A stretch of DNA of 64,000 nucleotides from NCBI GenBank assembly GCA_964016885.1, contig OZ024740.1, forward strand, positions 366,730,001-366,794,000, given 5' to 3'. Source of the DNA: Eledone cirrhosa. Taxonomy: Eukaryota. Below the pieces are notes generated by a model. It ran no database searches and was not told the DNA's origin. It saw only the letters and a program-made list of their open reading frames with translations. The position numbers and the translations under genes are program-made. This document shows, one piece after another, positions 1 to 11,869 of the stretch. Numbering within the stretch: the stretch's first letter is position 1; each line of letters opens with the position of its first letter.

Positions 1-208
1 GTATTCAGTTGTGGTTTTAAGTTTTTAAGTTTTTACCGGTTGCGCATTTCTAAATGCTTTTCAAAAATAATTTTGAGATAGAGTGTCCGTGCTGTTTGCT
101 CTGATCAGAGCAATCAGCACGGACACTCTATCTCAAAATTATTTTTGAAAAGCATTTAGAAATGCGCAACCGGTAAAAACTTAAAAACTTAAAACCACAA
201 CTGAATAC
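1..208. repeat. Loopless fold-back palindrome (centre 104/105, probably continues left of the window) with an HHR-like motif in each arm
   Basis: 1-104 is the reverse complement of 105-208 with one mismatch. The right arm reads ttt-TTGAAAA-gcatt(taga)aatgc-GCAA-ccgg-TA-aaa at 142-178. The flank ends in (TA)n at about 340. Confidence 0.9.
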
Positions 209-335
209 TAACCCATACAATCACTAATACTCTTTTATTCCTAATTAAACCATTTTTCAACTGTGAACAATTTGTCAGTATTTTCTATTCCGTTTACCAA
301 TATATAATAACTTGTGTGTTACACCTCTATTCTTT

Positions 336-401
<66 letters not shown>

Positions 402-1410
402 CGTATATGTGTGCGTGTGTATTTATAATTAAATCATTAATTACGAGTAAGACTATCATATAATTCACATAAGGCCTTATAAATAATAAGGTCGTCCAAA
501 AGGTGATAGATAGACGATTCATATATTAGTAGAAAGCTTACTGTTATTTTCTGTCTTAAATATGTAATTAGTATATCGTATATCACACACAAGTGATGAA
601 ATACACGCATTCATAGAACATATATGCAAGCCAACACCTGTATAGTGAGACCTACTATTTAGAAGCACACACACACACACACATACACAGAAACTTATAC
701 GCACACGATGCATACACAATCATATACATAGACATGAATCGTAACACGCAACACATGTATAGTAACTTATATGCCATACACAATAGCAAGAATATAAATA
801 GATATATTATCACAAAGAACATTTGCAAAAGCTCTTATACAAACATACACGTTTAAAGAATAGTAACAGAGATTATATACGACAATTCACGGAAACACAC
901 GAGAAAATACGATTTCAAGCACAAAGCATACGCAGGCGTGCTCACACATATAAACATAAGTACAGTCATCCTGAACGTGAAGCACGCGCTCCACGAGAGA
1001 GACTTTTTTCTAAATTTTACATATATTTGTTCACACCATACATGTTTTTCTATTGATGGGGAGGAATCACATTTTTGATGTGTCGGGATGGAGCATAGAA
1101 CAAAAAGTTCAAGGACCATTGATATAAAATAACTTAAAATTCATTTACACAAACACACTTGCATACGCTAATAGTAACTCAGAACTCATTCAAACAAACA
1201 CACTTACTTGCACACACTAATGCATGTATATATGTATGTATGGTCCCGTAACCCCTGATAGAGCCGTAGGGGCGCCGTATTGACATAGGGCGTTTCTTGG
1301 GCATTTTAAACATGGCTGAGCCCATCTCTCTCCAGGCCCGAGTACAGCAGCTATTTTCTATAGAAAGATAGAAAGTTAGAGAAAAGAAATGAGAAAGAGA
1401 ACCGACTCCA

Positions 1411-1545
1411 GTACTAGACTGGTACTTTTTTTATCGACCCCGAATGGATGAAAGGCAAAGTTGGCTTCTGCTGGATTTGGACTCAGAGAGCAGAGAGCTG
1501 GAATGAATACCATAAAGCATTCTATCCGACGTTCTAACGGCTCTG
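1411..1545 (-). mobile_element. tRNA-derived SINE family A, diverged partial copy
   Basis: ctggtac..tttatcgacccc..ggatgaaaggcaaagt core matches the reverse complement of the copy at 17140. Confidence 0.75.
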
Positions 1546-1689
1546 CACACACTAATAGTAACATACAAAACACACACTATCATACACTTGTATATAGTAA
1601 CTATCAGCTTTTACACACACACACACACACACACACGTGTTATTGTAGCACAATATTGTAGCATACTATACACACACTATGAATGTCTG

Positions 1690-1975
1690 TTAGATCTCCG
1701 CCAGTTACAACGATGAGTGGTCCAGTTGTTTGGCCAAGGCAACAGCCTGCTCATGAAATCAACGTACAACCGGCTAAGTATTGTACGGAGACCATATTTA
1801 ATGTAGTTCTCGGGGTTATATGATTTGACACAATGTAACTAAGCTAGCCTTTTGATGTATAGACTTTTTCTCAGATGAGTGTCTTACTCAATAACACAAC
1901 ACGTTACCGTTAGTCGAACTCACGACCTTATGATTGTAAACTGACACCATAACCACTAAGTGACGTGCCTTTACA
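1690..1975 (-). mobile_element. tRNA-derived SINE family B, decayed
   Basis: Reverse-complement similarity to 16600-16890 and 48505-48760 (tRNA-like head, gctagcctt.. and tcaac.. segments). Confidence 0.5.
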
Positions 1976-2107
1976 TACGCATACATGTGTACAGTAACAG
2001 TCAAAACATATAAAACACACGTGTACATGTATAATAATAACTGACACAGAAACACGTGTTTTTTAAGATACTAAAAAGCAGTAACAAACATTTATATATA
2101 TTTAAAG

Positions 2108-2320
2108 GGTAAAAGGGTAAAGACTCCCTTCAGTCACAAATGACCATGGCTTTTGCACGTTGAAAGCCCGAGCAAGGTGTTTTTGTGGAAGGCCAGCAGT
2201 CACCCATGCATACCACTCTCCCCTCTCCACGCCACCGATGTTGTCCAAGGTTAAGGCAAAGACAGATACAAGCTTGGCACCAGTGACGTCGCAACTAATT
2301 TATACAGCTGAGTGAACTTA
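2108..2320 (-). mobile_element. SINE 3' part, same family as 33357-33682
   Basis: Shares ggtaa..aatgacca..cttttgcacgt..ctccacgccaccgatgttgtc..agcttggcac..tacagctgagtgaact with 33357-33570. Confidence 0.7.
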
Positions 2321-2518
2321 TTTCTGCAACTGCACACACGCACGCGCACGCTCGCACGACCCCCCCCCCCCACGCACCCCCCCCCCACATTATTATATTA
2401 TACTATTGTTTTTGGTAAGGTGCGTAAGGATCTTTAAATATAACTCTGAATATGTTGATAAACGTTTTTCTATCAACATTCATCGTGTGTTCATTTATAC
2501 TTCACAAGATGAGTTGTT

Positions 2519-2906
2519 CATCATCATCATCATCATCATCATCGTCATCGTCATCATCATCATCATCGTCGTCATCGTCATCATCATCATCATCATCATC
2601 ATTTTACGTCCGCTTTTCCCTGCTTGCAAGGGTTGGACGGATCCTATTCAGCACAGCATCTCTCCATTCGACACGGTCCTTCGTTATCTCCTCCGTGAGC
2701 TTCAGCGATCTGCGGTCAGCTCTCACCAACTCCACCCATGATTTTTGTGGTCTTCCTCTACCACGTCTTCCTTCTTCTGGGATTTCTTGGCACTTCTTTA
2801 CCCAGCGGTCATCCTCCATGCGCATCACATGTCCATACCAACGCAGTCTTCTCTCCCGCACACTACAGTTTATCCCTCTCATACACAGTTTTTCTCTCAT
2901 TGTCAT
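2519..2906 (-). mobile_element. RTE-clade LINE 3' end with (GAT)n tail
   Basis: ORF 2604-2906 has RRLRWYGHVMRM..RRGRGRP..W..DR..W, a typical RTE C-terminus. The (CAT)n tract at 2519-2601 follows the stop codon directly. Confidence 0.85.
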
Positions 2907-4187
2907 GGTAAAAACTGAACTCTGTGGAGTGACATCTCTTCCGAAGTAAATCTAAAATATACAATCCTCTTAATTCACTAACTTCATCTCTATCATACGA
3001 TTCCATTGCTACTTTAACTATGCCATGCTACTGCATTTAGCGCAAGCGAGCATAATAATTCTAATATCCAAGTCAATAATTGGAATAATGTATGTATAGA
3101 CCCATTGCTCCTGAGGGAGTCCGAGAAGCACCATAGTTATATACAGCGGTTTTAGGGAACTTGACTCCTGGTGAAGCTCATCCCTCTCCAGGCTGAAAAC
3201 AACGATTTTTTCCAGAGAAAGTGTATGTGTGTGCGTGAGAGAGAGAGAGGGGGGGGGGGTTGACCTCAGTATTGGATTGGTACTTTATTTACCGACCTCA
3301 GGTCGGGTGTATTTAACCTTGGTTATTATTTTTACTTTTAAGTTCTACCAATATACTTTTGATTTACCAGTCTCGAAGTGTTCGTCTTCATTACTTTATT
3401 CTGTTTACTGGTGTCAGTTATAAGACTGCAGTCATACTAGGTCTTTATATATTATACTTTAAAATTCTATTGGAGATGACTCTAGTAACCATATATTGCA
3501 AAGGGTATTCTCTCAAATGTGGCAATGATGCGGCAAATGCAACCAACATTTACTATCAACTGATATTTCTGTCTTGTATATAGGTGGCATGAATTTCTTC
3601 TTACTTGATTGCATGACGGTAGCATTTGATAAGAGATATTATGTAGGTGTCGGGATACATGTCTAAACTTTTAATATGATATTTCCCCCTATCATCTATG
3701 CTTTTCGTTTAAGTATCTATATACAACCTCTTCAGTGAATTAATCTATTTGTGTGTGTATGTATGTGTGTGTGTGTGTGTGTGTGTGTGATATGATTTTC
3801 CAGTGTTACATGGGAATAGATCCACGTCAGTTTTTATTTCGTGTTTCTCTTCAAGTTCTCTTTAATTTCGTTAGCGATTGTCGAACGAGATAGTTGTTGA
3901 CATTTTTCTCAGCTGAAGATGTTGTTTCAGTATTACAATGTAGATTTCAATATGTTAATATAACTTCAAGGCAACGACCACTTTTCTCTTGTGAGAAATC
4001 CACATACCTTACATCACTAACACTGTTGTCATATTCAGTAGCACTTAAAAGATTCCTATATCTTATTGTGGCTAGTACAGAAGGCCAAACTCAAGATAGG
4101 CACTGAAAAGGTGTTGCAAGGGGTATACTTACTGTAGGCTGTGAGCAGTAAGTGTTTACCTGTAGCGTTATGCTCTGGAATTGGTCT

Positions 4188-4251
<64 letters not shown>

Positions 4252-4253
<2 letters not shown>

Positions 4254-4737
4254 TTGTTATACTTGGGGAGGGTCATATTTGTATAATATTTCCAGAATTA
4301 ATAACAGAACACACTCACTGTTTGGTTGGTTTTCGCTTTTCGCTTCTGTCTTTTATATCGGTAATTTAATTTATTCGGTCCTCAATGTTGCCATTGACTG
4401 ACCAAAAGATTGCGTAGAAAATACAATGCAACGGGAGGAAACAATAGCACCACTGACGATGTTGCAGATGTGCAACGAAAGAACTTTGATAAACTATATA
4501 TATGTGTTTGTGTATATATTGTATCTGTATTTTTGACCGTTGGTCAGTCAATGGTAACATTGAGGACCGAATAAATTAAATTACCGATATAAAAGACACA
4601 GAAGCGAAAAGCGAAAAGCGAAAACCAACCAAACAGTGAGAGTTATTAATTCTGGCAATATTACACAAATATGACCCTCCCCAAGTATAACAATATTTGT
4701 TTCGACACACGATTTCATATCAAAAACCTCGCAAAAC
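4252..4737 (+). mobile_element. Non-coding HHR-bearing element (Penelope pLTR-like) with an inverted copy of its 3' part at the 5' end; same family as 60870-61913
   Basis: 4252-4404 is the reverse complement of about 4540-4695, and the loop holds the HHR motif. It is preceded by (TA)n. Confidence 0.75.
4443..4497 (+). ncRNA. Minimal type-I hammerhead ribozyme motif
   Basis: CTGACGA (4453-4459)-t-gttgca(gatg)tgcaac-GAAA-gaac-TT. Stem II covaries with the copy at 61097-61149. Confidence 0.75.
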
Positions 4738-4825
4738 TAATTCATCGCCGTTATATATATAGTAATAATAATAAATTTGAATACTAAAATCCATATATAT
4801 ATATGTTGAAAATATATAGTATTGT

Positions 4826-4866
<41 letters not shown>

Positions 4867-4872
<6 letters not shown>

Positions 4873-7120
4873 ATAAATGCTCTGAAATAGCGATATATAT
4901 GTGAATATAGACATAGAATATTCGAAAATATTCTGTATGTTTATAATAAACATTTTGAAGACCTAATCGCTATAGAATAGAATACGTCACGTATTACAAT
5001 TAGATTCTCGATAAAAGCAAGGGAAGTAATCTACGCGTTTCATTCTTGTTAGAAATCATCAGGACTACATATCCAGTGCTTTTATCGAGAATGACACAGC
5101 TAGAGACTTATAGAATACTTAGCTGTGTACAGGAACTGGTTTGAAAGAGCGGTTGCCGGTCCGGCAGAAATTAGAAATTGGAATAAATGCTCTGAAATAG
5201 CGATATATATGTGAATATAGACATAGAATATTCGAAAATATTCTGTATGTTTATAATAAACATTTTGAAGACCTAATCGCTATAGAATAGAATACGTCAC
5301 GTATTACAATTAGATTCTCGATAAAAGCAAGGGAAGTAATCTACGCGTTTCATTCTTGTTAGAAATCATCAGGACTACATATCCAGTGCTTTTATCGAGA
5401 ATGACACAGCTAGAGACTTATAGAATACTTAGCTGTGTACAGGAACTGGTTTGAAAGAGCGGTTGCCGGTCCGGCAGAAATTAGAAATTGGAATAAATGC
5501 TCTGAAATAGCGATATATATGTGAATATAGACATAGAATATTCGAAAATATTCTGTATGTTTATAATAAACATTTTGAAGACCTAATCGCTATAGAATAG
5601 AATACGTCACGTATTACAATTAGATTCTCGATAAAAGCAAGGGAAGTAATCTACGCGTTTCATTCTTGTTAGAAATCATCAGGACTACATATCCAGTGCT
5701 TTTATCGAGAATGACACAGCTAGAGACTTATAGAATACTTAGCTGTGTACAGGAACTGGTTTGAAAGAGCGGTTGCCGGTCCGGCAGAAATTAGAAATTG
5801 GAATAAATGCTCTGAAATAGCGATATATATGTGAATATAGACATAGAATATTCGAAAATATTCTGTATGTTTATAATAAACATTTTGAAGACCTAATCGC
5901 TATAGAATAGAATACGTCACGTATTACAATTAGATTCTCGATAAAAGCAAGGGAAGTAATCTACGCGTTTCATTCTTGTTAGAAATCATCAGGACTACAT
6001 ATCCAGTGCTTTTATCGAGAATGACACAGCTAGAGACTTATAGAATACTTAGCTGTGTACAGGAACTGGTTTGAAAGAGCGGTTGCCGGTCCGGCAGAAA
6101 TTAGAAATTGGAATAAATGCTCTGAAATAGCGATATATATGTGAATATAGACATAGAATATTCGAAAATATTCTGTATGTTTATAATAAACATTTTGAAG
6201 ACCTAATCGCTATAGAATAGAATACGTCACGTATTACAATTAGATTCTCGATAAAAGCAAGGGAAGTAATCTACGCGTTTCATTCTTGTTAGAAATCATC
6301 AGGACTACATATCCAGTGCTTTTATCGAGAATGACACAGCTAGAGACTTATAGAATACTTAGCTGTGTACAGGAACTGGTTTGAAAGAGCGGTTGCCGGT
6401 CCGGCAGAAATTAGAAATTGGAATAAATGCTCTGAAATAGCGATATATATGTGAATATAGACATAGAATATTCGAAAATATTCTGTATGTTTATAATAAA
6501 CATTTTGAAGACCTAATCGCTATAGAATAGAATACGTCACGTATTACAATTAGATTCTCGATAAAAGCAAGGGAAGTAATCTACGCGTTTCATTCTTGTT
6601 AGAAATCATCAGGACTACATATCCAGTGCTTTTATCGAGAATGACACAGCTAGAGACTTATAGAATACTTAGCTGTGTACAGGAACTGGTTTGAAAGAGC
6701 GGTTGCCGGTCCGGCAGAAATTAGAAATTGGAATAAATGCTCTGAAATAGCGATATATATGTGAATATAGACATAGAATATTCGAAAATATTCTGTATGT
6801 TTATAATAAACATTTTGAAGACCTAATCGCTATAGAATAGAATACGTCACGTATTACAATTAGATTCTCGATAAAAGCAAGGGAAGTAATCTACGCGTTT
6901 CATTCTTGTTAGAAATCATCAGGACTACATATCCAGTGCTGTTATCGAGAATGACACAGCTAGAGACTTATAGAATACTTAGCTGTGTACAGGAACTGGT
7001 TTGAAAGAGCGGTTGCCGGTCCGGCAGAAATTAGAAATTGGAATAAATGCTCTGAAATAGCGATATATATGTGAATATAGACATAGAATATTCGAAAATA
7101 TTCTGTATGTTTATAATAAA
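4867..7120 (-). repeat. Tandem array of a 310-bp HHR-containing unit, left arm (7 full units plus 84 bp)
   Basis: Units start at 4867, 5177, 5487, 5797, 6107, 6417, 6727 and 7037. They are essentially identical (one t>g seen at 6941). The HHR is on the minus strand, first copy at 5026-5068. Confidence 0.97.
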
Positions 7121-8713
7121 AAAATGTTTATTATAAACATACAGAATATTTTCGAATATTCTATGTCTATATTCACATATATATCGCTATTTCAGAGCAT
7201 TTATTCCAATTTCTAATTTCTGCCGGACCGGCAACCGCTCTTTCAAACCAGTTCCTGTACACAGCTAAGTATTCTATAAGTCTCTAGCTGTGTCATTCTC
7301 GATAAAAGCACTGGATATGTAGTCCTGATGATTTCTAACAAGAATGAAACGCGTAGATTACTTCCCTTGCTTTTATCGAGAATCTAATTGTAATACGTGA
7401 CGTATTCTATTCTATAGCGATTAGGTCTTCAAAATGTTTATTATAAACATACAGAATATTTTCGAATATTCTATGTCTATATTCACATATATATCGCTAT
7501 TTCAGAGCATTTATTCCAATTTCTAATTTCTGCCGGACCGGCAACCGCTCTTTCAAACCAGTTCCTGTACACAGCTAAGTATTCTATAAGTCTCTAGCTG
7601 TGTCATTCTCGATAAAAGCACTGGATATGTAGTCCTGATGATTTCTAACAAGAATGAAACGCGTAGATTACTTCCCTTGCTTTTATCGAGAATCTAATTG
7701 TAATACGTGACGTATTCTATTCTATAGCGATTAGGTCTTCAAAATGTTTATTATAAACATACAGAATATTTTCGAATATTCTATGTCTATATTCACATAT
7801 ATATCGCTATTTCAGAGCATTTATTCCAATTTCTAATTTCTGCCGGACCGGCAACCGCTCTTTCAAACCAGTTCCTGTACACAGCTAAGTATTCTATAAG
7901 TCTCTAGCTGTGTCATTCTCGATAAAAGCACTGGATATGTAGTCCTGATGATTTCTAACAAGAATGAAACGCGTAGATTACTTCCCTTGCTTTTATCGAG
8001 AATCTAATTGTAATACGTGACGTATTCTATTCTATAGCGATTAGGTCTTCAAAATGTTTATTATAAACATACAGAATATTTTCGAATATTCTATGTCTAT
8101 ATTCACATATATATCGCTATTTCAGAGCATTTATTCCAATTTCTAATTTCTGCCGGACCGGCAACCGCTCTTTCAAACCAGTTCCTGTACACAGCTAAGT
8201 ATTCTATAAGTCTCTAGCTGTGTCATTCTCGATAAAAGCACTGGATATGTAGTCCTGATGATTTCTAACAAGAATGAAACGCGTAGATTACTTCCCTTGC
8301 TTTTATCGAGAATCTAATTGTAATACGTGACGTATTCTATTCTATAGCGATTAGGTCTTCAAAATGTTTATTATAAACATACAGAATATTTTCGAATATT
8401 CTATGTCTATATTCACATATATATCGCTATTTCAGAGCATTTATTCCAATTTCTAATTTCTGCCGGACCGGCAACCGCTCTTTCAAACCAGTTCCTGTAC
8501 ACAGCTAAGTATTCTATAAGTCTCTAGCTGTGTCATTCTCGATAAAAGCACTGGATATGTAGTCCTGATGATTTCTAACAAGAATGAAACGCGTAGATTA
8601 CTTCCCTTGCTTTTATCGAGAATCTAATTGTAATACGTGACGTATTCTATTCTATAGCGATTAGGTCTTCAAAATGTTTATTATAAACATACAGAATATT
8701 TTCGAATATTCTA

Positions 8714-8720
<7 letters not shown>
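7121..8720 (+). repeat. Same 310-bp unit in inverted orientation, right arm (5 units plus about 50 bp)
   Basis: Period 310 from 7121 (7431, 7741, 8051, 8361, 8671). It is the reverse complement of the left arm and ends in (TA)n. Confidence 0.97.
7319..7361 (+). ncRNA. Minimal type-I hammerhead ribozyme, representative of 12 copies (+ at 7319, 7629, 7939, 8249, 8559; - at 5026 plus multiples of 310)
   Basis: gtagtc-CTGATGA-t-ttct(aaca)agaa-t-GAAA-cgcg-TA-gattac. Stem I is gtagtc/gattac, both core boxes are intact, stem III is the palindrome ACGCGT, and the cleavage triplet is GUA. Confidence 0.85.
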
Positions 8721-8788
<68 letters not shown>

Positions 8789-8792
<4 letters not shown>

Positions 8793-8906
8793 AAATAGTA
8801 AAAAGGAAAAATACTTTTTCAGTAGAAAATGTTTTGATATTTCACTGAAAAAAAATCTCTTCAACATTTTCTACTGAAAAAATCTTTTTCCTTTTTACTA
8901 TTTGTT
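8789..8906. repeat. Inverted repeat (about 45-bp arms, about 29-nt loop) between (TA)n tracts
   Basis: aaacaaatagtaaaaaggaaaaa..tttttcagtagaaaatgtt pairs with aacattttctactgaaaaa..tttttcctttttactatttgttt. Confidence 0.85.
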
Positions 8907-8942
8907 TTTATATATATCAACTCGTGTCTTATCTTTCTACAT

Positions 8943-8978
<36 letters not shown>

Positions 8979-9152
8979 AGTATACACACACACACACACA
9001 CATATATACACATACATATGTATGTATGGGTTACATCGAACATTAATAATAATGTTCTATTCGTTTGTAAATAAACGGCCCAATTTGTATCTGTGCTGTA
9101 CCTGTGACCGGTTTGTTAAAGCCAGTGTTTGTTAAACACTGGCTTTGAGGAA

Positions 9153-9193
9153 CAATCAACATGTTTCTGGGTCATTACTCTTCATCAGGGCTA
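9153..9193 (-). ncRNA. Degenerate minimal HHR motif
   Basis: Minus strand reads tagcc-CTGATGA-a-gagt(aatg)accc-a-GAAA-catg-TT-gattg. Stem III is the palindrome AACATGTT; stems I and II are imperfect. Confidence 0.55.
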
Positions 9194-9279
9194 TATGCTT
9201 CTGCCAGTCTGTTGACATGTTGAAAATATATAGTATTTTCTTAAGTACACATTAGCCGCTGATTTAACTGATTTGGTGA

Positions 9280-10270
9280 AGGTATTTGACTGCATTGCAT
9301 TGCTCATTGAGAGAAAAAGGTGATATTCTGTAGGCATGAGGTCGGGCGAATACGGCGGGTGGGGAAAAATATTCCAGCCTAGTCCAGCAGCTCATCACGA
9401 GTAATCCTTGCTACAGAGCGTTATCATGAATGATTCGAACAGGAACATGGTGTGGGCCCACAAATTGTTGGCAATAGACGTCAGACGTTATGCTGGTGTT
9501 CTGTAGGAGCAGCTCGTAGTGGAGGACACCTTTCCAGTCTCACCAATCGCTTAGCAGAGCCTTGCGAAGATGGAGACCAGCCTTTGCTTGCCATTGTGGC
9601 ACAGTCTATTTATCAATTCACGATCACTTGCGCTTGCCATTAATGTAGAGAAACCATTTTTCACAAACAATGACAATGGCACATGACCAGTTGGTTGTGA
9701 GATGGAAGGAGAGCGGTAAAGTCGCAGCTACCGCCCGACACTCACGATTACGTCAGTCAAATTGTGGAGCATCCATAGGTCCAGCTTCAACACCTTCCCT
9801 ATTGCATGCAGGTGAGTGAGGATGGTTGTTTCCGATGCCCCAAGCACTTCGGAGAGTCGACGTGATGTTTGGTGTGGATCGGCTTCCACCAACTCACGTA
9901 GTTGATTGTCATTAATGTCGGATAGATGTCTAACGTAAGGTCGAACTTCGGAACGGAAGCGTACGAACAAGTCCCAGGCTCTGCATTCAGACATGGTGTG
10001 TGATCCAAATGCATTGTTACTATGACGACTCTATGCTGCTGCGCTTAGGCCAACTTTGAAGTTCATAACGTAAACAGTCACGAATAACGATTTTGATCGA
10101 TTCATGCTGCTTTACCTTTGACGGCATAACAGAACATGATAAATGCACATGGCGCATACCAACATCACTTCTTATATATGTATACATGCGCAACCTTCCA
10201 CATTTCCAGAAAACTCTGCCAAAATGTCTCTTTTAAAAAAAACGACAGGAACTTTCTGTCCAACCCAATA
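9280..10270 (-). mobile_element. Mariner (Tc1/mariner) transposon relic
   Basis: Minus strand encodes PHPPYSPDLMPTEYHLF (about 9315-9365) and QLRELVEADPHQTSRRLSEVLG..HLHAIGKVLKLDLWMLHNLT. A TIR-like tattgggttggacagaaagttc lies next to TA at about 10270. Confidence 0.9.
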
Positions 10271-10864
10271 TATTACCACCGCTGCCTACTCCATTGACCA
10301 CCATTTCATTTTCCTATTTACTCCTATCATTCCAATTTTTAGTTGAGTAAGCGAGACTTAATTTCCCTGTCTAGCAGTAATAACAAATTATTTAGGATGT
10401 TTACCACTAAACTATGCGATAAAAACTGATACAGCCCAAGTTAAACTATAGTTAGTGTCTTTATTGGAAAACAATTCCCTACTCCCCTATCATCTTTAAT
10501 TTGCATATGTAAATTACGTTAGTCTTTTCTTTATTTTAATACACACACGCACACACACAGACACAGACATAGACACATACACACACACACACACACGCAC
10601 GCGCGCACGCGCGCGTGCACGCATACACTCATACACACATAGACATAATCATTTTTTCTCTGTCGGTGGATTTATCCTTAGCTCTATTTAATTCAAATTG
10701 CTCCGAGATATTTTTTCATCTACAATATTGTTTTTTTTTCTCTATAATATATTCAACTTAATTTTCGATTAAATATACTGTGACAGTAAACACATTTTCA
10801 AGAAAAAACATATTAAATTTATAGAACCCATATGTACAAGAAAATAGGGTAGCAGACAACTAGC

Positions 10865-11030
10865 CAGGAGGTATATCTGAATGGTTAAGAAGTTTGATTC
10901 GCAATCATGAGGTTCCTGGTTAGACCCAACTACGTGGGATTGTGGACAAGTGTCTTTATCATAGCATCAAGTGGGTACAAGCCGTGTAGGTGAAACTGGA
11001 TTTGCAGAAACCGTTTGGGAGACCGTCAGA
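10865..11030 (+). mobile_element. Decayed tRNA-derived SINE (family B-like)
   Basis: tggttaagaagtttgattcgcaatcatgaggttcctggtt head followed by ggacaagtgtcttt. Confidence 0.45.
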
Positions 11031-11363
11031 TGTAATTGTAATTCAAATTTCCAGCCATATCATATGATGCATGAATACTTAACCACTTACAATTGATCGA
11101 ACAACTGAATGCTCATTGTCAAAACCAACGGAGCATCCATCAGTTGTAAGTATGTATTACACGGCTGAAATACTGACCGTTCTAAGCAGTGAAAGCAATG
11201 TAACATTAACAAGCTATCCGTCAACGTGCAGCGGGGCGGAATCCAGGTCCTTCTTTGGGCCTGAAAAGAGTAATGAAAAATCATACCATTATAATCATCC
11301 ATGAAGATCAATCTTTCATTACTGGCTTACAACCAAATATGTTACAAAGACGCTATAATTGAC

Positions 11364-11414
<51 letters not shown>

Positions 11415-11475
11415 CAAAATATTAATAAATGAAGACATTCACATAATCAAAATATATGTTTTATTATATATATAT

Positions 11476-11600
11476 CGAAGGTACTGTGCTGTTTTTTCAG
11501 TACGTCCTCGTCAGATCAAATATATGAATTGATGTATGACATAGCTCAATTGTCTTGATGGTTCAATTCCAGTATTGGTAGTACTGCCAATACTGGAATT
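11476..11600 (-). other. Small (TA)n-flanked element with a degenerate HHR-like motif and a terminal 36-bp loopless palindrome
   Basis: Minus strand has CTGACGA-ggac-gtactg..cagtac-cttc-GATA. The palindrome aattccagtattggtagt|actgccaatactggaatt is at 11565-11600. Confidence 0.45.
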
Positions 11601-11869
11601 ATATATATATATATATATATATAGAAGTGGTTACACAACAGTTAGTTCACCATACCGAGAACAATTGTTTCACCTTAGCGGATCTTCAGCTCGAGATGTG
11701 CATGGTTATAGGAACAGGAAGGACAACCGTACGAACGCGTATGCGCAGAAACTCGGTCACTTCACACAGGCAATACTAGACTGCGTGCGAGAGGTGTAAG
11801 GGAGATAACCGCGAAAGTCCGAAAAGTTTTTAGGTTGAAAATAAAATAAAATAAAATTAAAAATAAAAT

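Noticed and set aside
4867-8720. CRISPR array or coding repeat
   Set aside because: The units are identical end to end with no variable spacers, no ORF is present, and the context is eukaryotic.
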